The position numbers were made by a program, and so were the translations under genes. Shown here piece by piece: positions 1 through 6,785 of a DNA stretch of 14,317 bases. The notes below the pieces were generated by a model, which was not told where the DNA came from, did not search any database, and was given only the letters and a program-made list of their open reading frames with translations. This DNA comes from a virus. The stretch lies in UHGV virus genome UHGV-0064133, one strand, 5' to 3'. The stretch's first letter is position 1. Each line of letters opens with the position of its first letter.

Positions 1-313
1 TTCCGTGTTCAAACGCGCTATCAAAGTCATCATCCATTTCCATCTCATCAGGCACAGATACCGGCGCTGGCGGGGCTGTGTAAAGTGGCATTACCTCAAT
101 ATTGAAGATATCCCCCTCGCTTGGACATGCCTCTGCGCTACCGTAAACCCAAGGGTGAACGACTCCGTTACGCTTGTTGATTAATCTGTGCGCCCACGCC
201 ACAGGCTCCGCTTCAATCCCCGCAAGCGCCATGCGTGCCAATGCAGATGCATCACCACACTGGACGTGATCGGTTTCAATGATGTGCTGTAATTGTTCTT
301 TGGTGAATGTCAT
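1..313 (-). CDS. hypothetical phage protein, N-terminal part only (ORF runs off the left edge)
   Basis: ATG at 313-311 on minus strand; frame checked by hand down to position 2 with no stop; 3-nt gap to the stop of the upstream 66-aa ORF; acidic stretch DEMEMDDDFD. No recognisable domain. Confidence 0.4.
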   Translation of the reverse strand, partial: MTFTKEQLQHIIETDHVQCGDASALARMALAGIEAEPVAWAHRLINKRNGVVHPWVYGSAEACPSEGDIFNIEVMPLYTAPPAPVSVPDEMEMDDDFDSAFEHG

Positions 314-316
314 GGG

Positions 317-517
317 TTAGTCCTCTGCCTGCACGATAATTTCCACATTGATACTCATCACGCCAGCATCAACGCTCATCTCCGTGGCATCTGCGTTAAT
401 CATGTATTCACAGACTACCAAAGCCAGCAACTTGAGTGATGCGCCTGTATCGCAGCCTGTTAGCTCGTTGACAAGGTCCACGACTTCTTGCATGTGATCG
501 CCCATTCTCATACTCAC
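317..517 (-). CDS. hypothetical small phage protein (66 aa)
   Basis: ORF in track; start overlaps the stop of the upstream gene (514-517), i.e. same operon with tight gene packing. No domain recognised. Confidence 0.45.
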   Translation of the reverse strand: MSMRMGDHMQEVVDLVNELTGCDTGASLKLLALVVCEYMINADATEMSVDAGVMSINVEIIVQAED

Positions 518-1017
518 TCCCCCTCTATCTGCAATTTGATGCCAGCGGCGGCGCAGGCATCTTTAAACTTCACCTCACATTCAAGGCGGCATGAGTTGTA
601 GATGGCTGCGAGGTCACTATTATTAAATTCCTCGTCAACGTATTTACCTGCTGTTGCGCGCTGCGGCAGCTTCACGGTGAGCGTTCTGGCATCAAGCGAG
701 GCGATGCGCATACTACCGTCAGCGATGACGCTCTCGTAATACTCGCGTTGCTCAGCAATCCGCTTCTCTCCGGCTTCCAGTTCATCCAGCAGCGCCAGCA
801 TTGTTTCTGGGCTAGCTGCAGCGATATATCTCAATATGTTTTCAGACTGTTTCACTCCCCCTGCGGCTTTATTCAGACAGTAGATAGCCTCTGCTCCGCC
901 TACTGTGATATATCCCCGCCCTGGGGCGCTGAGGTCGCTGGTGTAGACGTACTCCCAGTCATTTTGTCCTGCACGTTCAACCGCTTCACGTAATGCGCGT
1001 TTGTCGATGTTGCTCAT
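514..1017 (-). CDS. Ead/Ea22-like phage protein (tentative family assignment)
   Basis: 167-aa ORF; segment ILRYIAAASPETMLALLDELEAGEKRIAEQ resembles the conserved core I remember from lambdoid Ead/Ea22-like proteins; ATGA start/stop overlap with the upstream gene at 1014-1017. Confidence 0.5.
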   Translation of the reverse strand: MSNIDKRALREAVERAGQNDWEYVYTSDLSAPGRGYITVGGAEAIYCLNKAAGGVKQSENILRYIAAASPETMLALLDELEAGEKRIAEQREYYESVIADGSMRIASLDARTLTVKLPQRATAGKYVDEEFNNSDLAAIYNSCRLECEVKFKDACAAAGIKLQIEGE

Positions 1018-1529
1018 TGGGCGGCCTCCTTGCGAATCTGCTCCCTGAACAAGCGGGCTGAGACGATGATGTCTCTGATGCGTACTGATTTTTCGTCGAA
1101 CTGCTCACCACCGTTTTTAATATGCGCATCCAGTTCTGCACTGTGATGCCGAATGAAAGCGTTGAGGTCATGCGCCCGCACTTCAGCCAGGAAAGCGTCG
1201 GTGGCTGGGGTTTCGATTTCTGGCTTGGCATATACCGGCCAGCAATCAGTTCCATCGGAGTTTTTGTGTCCTGCCTCGTCATGAACATCAAGATATTCAC
1301 CGCATGGGAGCGGGTCTTCCCAGGTTGGTGGAATAGCGTGCCAGGATAGATATGCTTGAGGCTTATCAAACGCACCCTTCAGCCCCGCATTCTCCGCAGC
1401 CAACGCCAACTTCGCTTCTCGCTCTGTCTTAAGTTGCATCTCCAGATTATCAATTGTGATATCAGTCTGGCGGCCGTAGCGCTCTGACTCGATGAGCTTC
1501 TGCTCTAACTCTTCATAACTCGGTTTCAT
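1014..1529 (-). CDS. hypothetical phage protein with predicted coiled-coil N-terminus
   Basis: Track ORF 1014..1583 trimmed to the internal ATG at 1529-1527, which overlaps the TGA of the upstream gene (1528-1526); sequence EELEQKLIESE...LEMQLKTEREAKLALAAENAGLK looks coiled-coil. Function unknown. Confidence 0.5.
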   Translation of the reverse strand: MKPSYEELEQKLIESERYGRQTDITIDNLEMQLKTEREAKLALAAENAGLKGAFDKPQAYLSWHAIPPTWEDPLPCGEYLDVHDEAGHKNSDGTDCWPVYAKPEIETPATDAFLAEVRAHDLNAFIRHHSAELDAHIKNGGEQFDEKSVRIRDIIVSARLFREQIRKEAAQ

Positions 1530-1867
1530 GCTCTCACCCCATATACGCTTAAAATTCGCTTCATAGCCGCGCTGTTGCGGCACTCCTGGCAGATCACGTT
1601 TGCCTCTGTACGCTGCACCAGCTTCGAATTTCCCTTCGGCATAGCCGGGATTGTTTCTGGTGCGTATTTCATGCCGTAATCGGTCAGCCGATAAAGCCGC
1701 TGTCCGTGCTTGCCTTCGAACTCGATCAGGCCGTCTGCAAACAACGTACTTAACGGGCCGGAAATCTTTTTGGTGGTCATGCCGATCATCCTGGCAATGA
1801 AAGCACTATTCAGGCCCGGGTTATTACGCAGGGCTGCAAGAATCTGCCCACGAATTGTTATGGTCAT
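1526..1867 (-). CDS. hypothetical small DNA-binding protein (winged-helix-like)
   Basis: 113-aa ORF; N-terminal ILAALRNNPGLNSAFIARMIGMTTKKISGPLSTLFADGLIE resembles a winged-helix fold; start overlaps the stop of the DnaC-like gene at 1864-1867. Confidence 0.45.
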   Translation of the reverse strand: MTITIRGQILAALRNNPGLNSAFIARMIGMTTKKISGPLSTLFADGLIEFEGKHGQRLYRLTDYGMKYAPETIPAMPKGNSKLVQRTEANVICQECRNSAAMKRILSVYGVRA

Positions 1868-2718
1868 GCTGCCCCCTTAGAACGGTAAGAATCCCACGTG
1901 AATGACAGAGTGCACCCGCCTCCATCGCTCATGCGATCAAGAACGCGTTCGCCGATGAATGCAGCCAGTTCTTCCCGGGTCTGGTTGCTGATCAGGATGG
2001 TCGGCTTCATCCGCTCGTACCGGGTGTTGATGATTTCGAACATGATCAGCTTCTCGGCCTCGCTGCCGAACTGGACGCCAACCTCGTCGATGATCAAAAG
2101 GTCCGGAGTGGTGAAGTGCGCAATCACGTCGTTCTCGCTGCGCGTCGCAGTTTTCGACCACGTTGATTTGAACTCACGGGCAATCTTCAGCGCGGTGGTA
2201 AAAATTACCGGGCTCTGGTGTTTCTCGATGACATCACGGGCGATCGCCAGGGCAAGGTGGTTTTTACCGGTTCCCGGCTTGCCGCACATCACCAGACCAC
2301 CTCCCTGCTTCAGCCGCTCGGGCCACTTAGCGGCATACGCCTGACAAACCCGCAGCGCACGTTCTGACTCCTTGCCAACCGGCTGATAGTTTTCCAGCGT
2401 GCACGTCACAAAGCGCTCAGGGATTTCGAGCTGACGCAGCAGGCGATCGATGTTCTGCTGGCGAGTGCGGTCTTCCCAACGCTTTTTCTCGTCATACAGG
2501 AAGCTCAGCTCATCGCGAAGGCAGCCCGGACAACGAGTCGGCGGCGACGGCAGCTTGATTAGGCTGCTGGTAAGCACGCGTTTACGCTGTTCGTATTCGC
2601 CGTGTTTCTCGCAAAGCACCGTTTCGAAGACGGTCTCGCAGTTAGGGAGTTGCTCTGGCGGCCTGCCGAGAACTTCCAGCATTTTTTCGATAGCGTCGAT
2701 TTTTTCGAGCAGCTCCAT
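1864..2718 (-). CDS. DnaC-like replicative helicase loader (AAA+ ATPase, lambda P functional analogue)
   Basis: Walker A GKPGTGKNHLALAIA and Walker B LLIIDEVG; DnaC/IstB-type architecture. Start set at ATG 2718-2716 (RBS GAGGGA 6 nt upstream, 2 nt after the stop of the O-like gene) rather than the track start at 2736. Confidence 0.85.
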   Translation of the reverse strand: MELLEKIDAIEKMLEVLGRPPEQLPNCETVFETVLCEKHGEYEQRKRVLTSSLIKLPSPPTRCPGCLRDELSFLYDEKKRWEDRTRQQNIDRLLRQLEIPERFVTCTLENYQPVGKESERALRVCQAYAAKWPERLKQGGGLVMCGKPGTGKNHLALAIARDVIEKHQSPVIFTTALKIAREFKSTWSKTATRSENDVIAHFTTPDLLIIDEVGVQFGSEAEKLIMFEIINTRYERMKPTILISNQTREELAAFIGERVLDRMSDGGGCTLSFTWDSYRSKGAA

Positions 2719-2720
2719 AC

Positions 2721-3575
2721 TCAGTCCCTCGCCCATGACGGGATTTCAGTCTGGCCATAGTCCTTGCCAGCGAAGTTCTCGGATACGCGAGTCTGATTGC
2801 GGGCTGGCTGCTTGATGCCTTTCGGTTCAAACAATCCCTGCCAGCCGTTCGCAATGCTCTGGTTGATGATTTCTTCAGGCTGGTATCCGCTGCACTTGCA
2901 ACGCTCAAGCAGGTTGATGGCCTGGGTTACCGTCTGCTGAGACTTAATCGGTTTCTTCAGGTCGCGACGATAATCGACCCATGACTTCCAGACTGAAACT
3001 GACAGCCATTCAGGAAGGTCAACACCAGCCGGATCGAACGAAGCCGGTTTGGGGGATTTAGGGGGTTTATTAATATTGTCTTTATTGTCTTTTGTATGTT
3101 TGTCTTTTGTGTTTACCTTATTTGGGTAAGTGTCGTTACCTGATTCGGGTAAACATTCCTTACCTGATTCAGGTAAATTTACCTCTTTCAGGTAACGTTT
3201 ATTTTCATTACCTGTTTTTGGTAATTTCACCCATTCACTAACCGTTTTGTTAATGCCGACAGAACGCCCGATTTGGGTAAATACTCCACGCTTCACTAAC
3301 GAGCTTTTAGCAGCAGAGCATTTGTGCGGAAGAATGCCGGTGAGGGCAGATAACTGATCGTTACTAACCCAGTCAGCTTTTTTGTTGAAACCGTATGTTT
3401 TACGCATTACAGCCATGAAGACCAGCAACTGATGCTGAGACAATCCAGCCAGCATGACAGCCTCCAGAAGTTCATTGGCAATACGCGTATAGCCATCATC
3501 AAGATCTGCCACGCGCGGCTCCACGACCTGCAAATCAGGCCTGATTGGTGAGATATTGTTAATTGCTAAGTTCAT
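2721..3575 (-). CDS. phage replication initiator / replisome organiser (lambda O-like N-terminus, DnaT/DnaD-like C-terminus)
   Basis: Track ORF 2721..3659 trimmed to ATG at 3575-3573 (RBS GGGGAGG upstream). C-terminal [27 protein letters not shown]...[10 protein letters not shown] matches the primosomal DnaT-like domain common in phage O proteins; iteron array lies inside the gene, as in lambda O. Confidence 0.8.
   Translation of the reverse strand: MNLAINNISPIRPDLQVVEPRVADLDDGYTRIANELLEAVMLAGLSQHQLLVFMAVMRKTYGFNKKADWVSNDQLSALTGILPHKCSAAKSSLVKRGVFTQIGRSVGINKTVSEWVKLPKTGNENKRYLKEVNLPESGKECLPESGNDTYPNKVNTKDKHTKDNKDNINKPPKSPKPASFDPAGVDLPEWLSVSVWKSWVDYRRDLKKPIKSQQTVTQAINLLERCKCSGYQPEEIINQSIANGWQGLFEPKGIKQPARNQTRVSENFAGKDYGQTEIPSWARD
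3113..3224. repeat. origin of replication iterons: five copies of TTACC-N7-GGTAA inside the O-like gene, flanked by an AT-rich tract (3062-3112)
   Basis: Read directly: ttaccttatttgggtaa (3113), ttacctgattcgggtaa (3136), ttacctgattcaggtaa (3160), ttacctctttcaggtaa (3179), ttacctgtttttggtaa (3208); adjacent T-rich segment ttaatattgtctttattgtcttttgtatgtttgtcttttgtg. Same architecture as lambda ori inside gene O. Confidence 0.65.
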
Positions 3576-3753
3576 CAGCAGCCTCCCCGCCTTTCTTGAA
3601 GATGATTTCGACACAAAGCAGAATGCAGTTATCGCAGATAGCAACGCCTGGACCGGCAACTATGGTTTTCACGTCGCTATCGATATTGCTTCTGTCGCAG
3701 AAAGAGCATTTATGAGTTGCGTGCTGATTTGCCTTTTCGTTTATTACTGGCAT
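3559..3753 (-). CDS. small ClpX-type C4 zinc-finger protein (stand-alone ClpX N-terminal domain homologue)
   Basis: Sequence [38 protein letters not shown] aligns with the ClpX N-terminal zinc-binding domain ([36 protein letters not shown]). Start set at ATG 3753-3751 (RBS GGGAG 5 nt upstream); the track ORF starts at an upstream GTG (3780). Confidence 0.6.
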   Translation of the reverse strand: MPVINEKANQHATHKCSFCDRSNIDSDVKTIVAGPGVAICDNCILLCVEIIFKKGGEAADELSN

Positions 3754-3838
3754 ACTTACTCCCGTTACTTGGCGTAACACAGTGTGATAAGGGCCTTTGA
3801 AGTGACCGCTTCAAGGGCTTTTTCTTTTCTGGTGCCTC

Positions 3839-4384
3839 TCACATGACCCCCAACATCGAAGTGACCATCGTCATCAGCGGGCCTACCTGCTCCGGCATGA
3901 GGCGGAACAGCGACGCTATACCCTCGCTTACCTCTTTCAGCTTCTGATGCTCTGGAGCGTCCAGCAGCACGGCCTGTTTAGCCTCGGCACACTCTTTCAT
4001 CGCAGAGGCGATCAGCGACATCGTGTCGTTCTGCGGCGCCAGACGGTTTCGGTACTCCAGCGGCAGGACCGACATGATTGCCGGGGCCAGCTGGCGAATG
4101 TTGTTGGCGGCGTATTCGGTATCGCCATCAATCCATCGAAACACTTTCTGCATCTGGCGGTGCGAGTCAGTCGGGATATCCAGACCGGTTCCGCCGGACG
4201 CCCGCCACTCTTCCACGATCAGCGCGGCGACAAATTCACGGCTTCGGCAATCAGCTGCCCAGGCGCGAACAGCAGCGCGGATCCCATCGATGTTTAACGC
4301 CGCGGAATCAGGCTCCCGGCGATTCTGGTAAATCATCGCCGTTGGCGAAAATTTGTTACCTTGTTGATACGCAAGTGAATGCAT
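3839..4384 (-). CDS. phage regulatory protein, CII(CP76)/YdaT-like
   Basis: 181-aa ORF directly downstream of the cro-like gene; RBS AAGGGAAAG; segment QKVFRWIDGDTEYAANNIRQLAPAIMSVLP resembles what I recall of Rac YdaT and the CP76 family. Assignment is from memory, not a search. Confidence 0.55.
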   Translation of the reverse strand: MHSLAYQQGNKFSPTAMIYQNRREPDSAALNIDGIRAAVRAWAADCRSREFVAALIVEEWRASGGTGLDIPTDSHRQMQKVFRWIDGDTEYAANNIRQLAPAIMSVLPLEYRNRLAPQNDTMSLIASAMKECAEAKQAVLLDAPEHQKLKEVSEGIASLFRLMPEQVGPLMTMVTSMLGVM

Positions 4385-4413
4385 TGCTTTCCCTTTCGTG
4401 GTTAGGGCCGCCG

Positions 4414-4635
4414 TTAGGCGGCAAAGATACCTGGATATAGAACTTCGCGAGGAAGCCCCGTCACTTCTTCGTACTTACGCATTTTTGTTACTGGAAGGCT
4501 GCCACCTCGCTTTTTAAGCATATTGATGGCCTGTGGCGTTACGCCGACCTTTTCAGCAAGCACCTTTTGAGAGCCGCCCACTGCATTAATGGCTTTCTCA
4601 AGCGGGGTGCTTGCGTTGGATTCTTTGTTGATCAT
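4414..4635 (-). CDS. Cro/YdaS-like helix-turn-helix regulator
   Basis: 73-aa ORF divergent from the cI-like gene; HTH-like GSQKVLAEKVGVTPQAINMLKK; RBS GGAG 7 nt upstream of the ATG. Confidence 0.7.
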   Translation of the reverse strand: MINKESNASTPLEKAINAVGGSQKVLAEKVGVTPQAINMLKKRGGSLPVTKMRKYEEVTGLPREVLYPGIFAA

Positions 4636-4752
4636 GTTTTGCTCCGCTCATGTGTAATCAACACCATGTTAATTCATGATGTGGATTAAATCAACATTAT
4701 GGTGATGGAAAAAATCCACATGTTGTTTACCATGCATGGAGCGGAGGGTTTT
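4636..4752. promoter_or_regulatory. OR-like divergent operator/promoter region between cro-like and cI-like genes
   Basis: 117-bp AT-rich intergenic region with four copies of the 9-mer AATC[A/C]ACA (4657, 4689, 4714, and inverted at 4679-4687 as atgtggatt); candidate leftward promoter -35 TTGATT / -10 TAACAT on the minus strand (approx. 4694-4666). Confidence 0.55.
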
Positions 4753-5463
4753 ATGAGTAGCATTTCTGAAAGAATTAAATTTTTACTGGCAAGGGAAGGC
4801 TTGAAGCAGCGGGATTTGGCTGAGGCTTTGTCGACTAGCCCACAGACCGTCAACAACTGGATAAAAAGAGACGCGTTAAGTCGTGAGGCGGCGCAACAAA
4901 TATCTGAAAAATTCGGTTATTCTCTTGACTGGTTATTAAATGGAGAGGGTTCTCCAAAGAAGGATCTGGAGAGCAACATCCCGCCAGAGTCTGAGTGGGG
5001 AGTTGTTGATGCATGGGATAAAGACACCCCGCTTCCTGTTGATGAGGTTGAAGTGCCATTTCTTAAGGATATTGAATTTGCGTGTGGTGATGGTCGAGTT
5101 CAGTGCGAAGACCACAATGGATTTAAGCTGAGATTCTCCAAGGCAACGCTCAGAAGAGTGGGTGCAAATAGTGATGGTTCTGGAGTGCTTTGCTTTCCCG
5201 CTTCTGGTGACAGCATGGAGCCCGTTATTCCTGACGGCGCAACGGTAGCAGTCGATACAGGCAACAAGCGGATTATTGACGGCGAACTCTATGCTATTAA
5301 CCAGGGCGATTTAAAGCGCATAAAGCAGCTTTATCGAAAGCCTGGTGGGAAGCTATTAATACGAAGCATCAATCGCGATTATGACGATGAAGAGGCTGAT
5401 GAGGCAGATGTCGAGATAATCGGTTTTGTGTTCTGGTACTCGGTATTGCGATATCGCCGATAA
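4753..5463 (+). CDS. CI-like prophage repressor, XRE-type HTH plus S24 (LexA-like) autopeptidase domain
   Basis: N-terminal HTH (LKQRDLAEALSTSPQTVNNWIKR); C-terminal S24 motifs GDSMEP (Ser nucleophile) and ELYAINQGDLKRIKQL (Lys). Start set at ATG 4753 (RBS GGAGGG 4 nt upstream) rather than the track start at 4699. Confidence 0.85.
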   Translation: MSSISERIKFLLAREGLKQRDLAEALSTSPQTVNNWIKRDALSREAAQQISEKFGYSLDWLLNGEGSPKKDLESNIPPESEWGVVDAWDKDTPLPVDEVEVPFLKDIEFACGDGRVQCEDHNGFKLRFSKATLRRVGANSDGSGVLCFPASGDSMEPVIPDGATVAVDTGNKRIIDGELYAINQGDLKRIKQLYRKPGGKLLIRSINRDYDDEEADEADVEIIGFVFWYSVLRYRR

Positions 5464-5468
5464 TTTTA

Positions 5469-5581
5469 GTGGCCTGAAGAGACGTTTGGGTGATAAGAGA
5501 ATATCTGATAGTAGGCGTGGTTACTTTGCTCTCGGTTGTTGCGATCGTGCTTATGGTGGCCTGATGAGACGTTTGGGTGAT
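5469..5581. repeat. pair of 26-bp direct repeats (one mismatch) between the repressor gene and the KilA-N gene
   Basis: gtggcctgaagagacgtttgggtgat at 5469-5494 and gtggcctgatgagacgtttgggtgat at 5556-5581, 87 bp start to start. Confidence 0.6.
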
Positions 5582-5612
5582 TATTTTATTTTTCACAGCA
5601 ATAGGATGATTT

Positions 5613-6374
5613 ATGACACAGTTTCAACTTGCATTAATCGCCAGAGAAGTTGATGGAGAAGTCATCCATCTTCGCACCAAAGACGGTTACATCAATGCCA
5701 CCGCAATGTGCAAGTCTGCTGGGAAGCTACTTGCTGACTATACACGACTAAAAACAACGCAAGATTTTTTTGATGAATTATCCCGCGATATGGGGATTCC
5801 CATATCGGAATTAATTCAATCATTTAAAGGCGGAAGAGCAGAGAATCAAGGGACTTGGGTTCATCCAGACATCGCAATTAACTTAGCTCAGTGGCTATCT
5901 CCAAAATTTGCAGTGCAAGTATCGAGATGGGTGCGTGAGTGGATGTCAGGCGAAAGAGCGCCTGCCGAACTCCCTATCCACCTTAAGCGGTATATGACAA
6001 ACCGAGGCAGGGTTCCTCATACGCACTTTTCTATGCTTAATGAACTGACGTTTAACCTGGTTGCGCCACTTGAGCAGGCAGGATATACGCTGCCAGAAAA
6101 AATGGTCCCTGATATTTCAGAAGGTAGGGTTTTCTCGCAATGGCTTCGTGAAAACCGGGGTGTTGAGCCGAAGACGTTCCCAACATATAACCATGAGTAC
6201 CCAGATGGCCGGACATTCCCGGTACGTCTATACCCAAACGAATATCTTGCAGATTTCAAACAACACTTCAACGAAGTGTGGCTGCCTCAGTACGCTCCTA
6301 AATATTTTGCAGAACGAGACCAAAGGGCATTGACGTTGATTGAGAAAATCATGTTGCCTGACCTTGATTCCTAA
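5613..6374 (+). CDS. KilA-N domain protein with uncharacterised C-terminal domain (immunity-region cargo)
   Basis: N-terminal ~110 aa carry the KilA-N/APSES-like signature (YINATAMCKSAGK ... GTWVHPDIAINLAQWLSPKFAVQVSRWV); C-terminal ~140 aa (FPTYNHEYPDGRTFPVRLYPNEYLADFKQHF...) matches nothing I recognise. RBS AGGA; followed by a terminator hairpin. Confidence 0.7.
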   Translation: MTQFQLALIAREVDGEVIHLRTKDGYINATAMCKSAGKLLADYTRLKTTQDFFDELSRDMGIPISELIQSFKGGRAENQGTWVHPDIAINLAQWLSPKFAVQVSRWVREWMSGERAPAELPIHLKRYMTNRGRVPHTHFSMLNELTFNLVAPLEQAGYTLPEKMVPDISEGRVFSQWLRENRGVEPKTFPTYNHEYPDGRTFPVRLYPNEYLADFKQHFNEVWLPQYAPKYFAERDQRALTLIEKIMLPDLDS

Positions 6375-6382
6375 ATGTTATA

Positions 6383-6405
6383 CCCGGCCACCAAGCCGGG
6401 GTTTT
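6383..6405 (+). terminator. putative intrinsic terminator between convergent genes
   Basis: Stem cccggc (6383-6388) / gccggg (6395-6400), loop caccaa, followed by gtttta; lies 9 nt after the KilA-N stop and abuts the 3' end of the convergent small ORF. Confidence 0.5.
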
Positions 6406-6601
6406 ACTGCCCTTTCCGCACTATCTCAGCTGCATCCCTGTTCACACCCTTACCTATCACGTTTCCCGTTTCCTTCCGGTACCGTTCCAGCTTGTCGATG
6501 ATGTTTTGCTGGGTCATAGGTAAATCTGCCAGTGACAACTCCATGACCGCCCGCCCCATGGCGTGAACCATCATGTTCACTCTTTCTTCATCCAAGCCCA
6601 T
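6404..6601 (-). CDS. hypothetical small protein (65 aa) convergent with the KilA-N gene
   Basis: Strong RBS AAGGAG 6 nt upstream of ATG 6601-6599 on the minus strand; hydrophilic sequence MGLDEERVNMMVHAMGRAVMELSLADLPMTQQNIIDKLERYRKETG...; sits just inside the OL-like operator cluster. No family recognised. Confidence 0.5.
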   Translation of the reverse strand: MGLDEERVNMMVHAMGRAVMELSLADLPMTQQNIIDKLERYRKETGNVIGKGVNRDAAEIVRKGQ

Positions 6602-6650
6602 TACCCACTCCTTTTTGATGTTTTTTTCAGCATATCACTTATGCCACCAA

Positions 6651-6742
6651 AAAATAAATCAACATAAAAATCAACAAGAAACGATTAAATCAACAAAATA
6701 AATCCACAAGGTGTTGACCTATAAATCCACATGATGTTTAAT
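6651..6742. promoter_or_regulatory. OL-like operator cluster with rightward PL-like promoter
   Basis: Five direct copies of AAATC[A/C]ACA (6656, 6668, 6687, 6700, 6723); -35 TTGACC (6714-6719), 17-bp spacer, -10 TTTAAT (6737-6742) on the plus strand, with the last operator copy inside the spacer. Confidence 0.55.
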
Positions 6743-6785
6743 TATCCCATCGAAACGAAACATCGACAGCTGAGCGAAGTTAGCC

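Noticed and set aside
1898-2908. ORFs overlapping the DnaC-like and O-like genes in other frames (1898..2344 +, 1937..2161 -, 2450..2815 +, 2642..2908 -)
   Set aside because: Shadow frames of two well-supported replication genes; Arg/Ser/Pro-rich translations; no RBS.
3947-4440. Three overlapping plus-strand ORFs (3947..4297, 4023..4331, 4078..4440) opposite the CII/YdaT-like gene
   Set aside because: Antisense to a gene with a good RBS and operon context; Arg-rich low-complexity products.
5556-5581. CUGAUGAG motif in the second direct repeat (hammerhead ribozyme core?)
   Set aside because: Only the CUGAUGA box is present; no appropriately placed GAAA box or three-stem arrangement could be found by eye.
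5469-5581. Possible minimal CRISPR array
   Set aside because: Only two repeat copies, no cas genes in the window, and the spacing does not form a regular array.
5426-5653. 75-aa plus-strand ORF spanning the cI to KilA-N intergenic region
   Set aside because: Overlaps the 3' end of the repressor gene and the 5' end of the KilA-N gene; its repetitive peptide (GLKRRLGD / GLMRRLGD) is simply the 26-bp direct repeats translated; no RBS.
6375-6566. 63-aa plus-strand ORF overlapping the 65-aa minus-strand ORF
   Set aside because: No RBS; hydrophobic low-complexity translation; it is the antisense frame of the better-supported minus-strand gene (6404..6601), which has an AAGGAG RBS.
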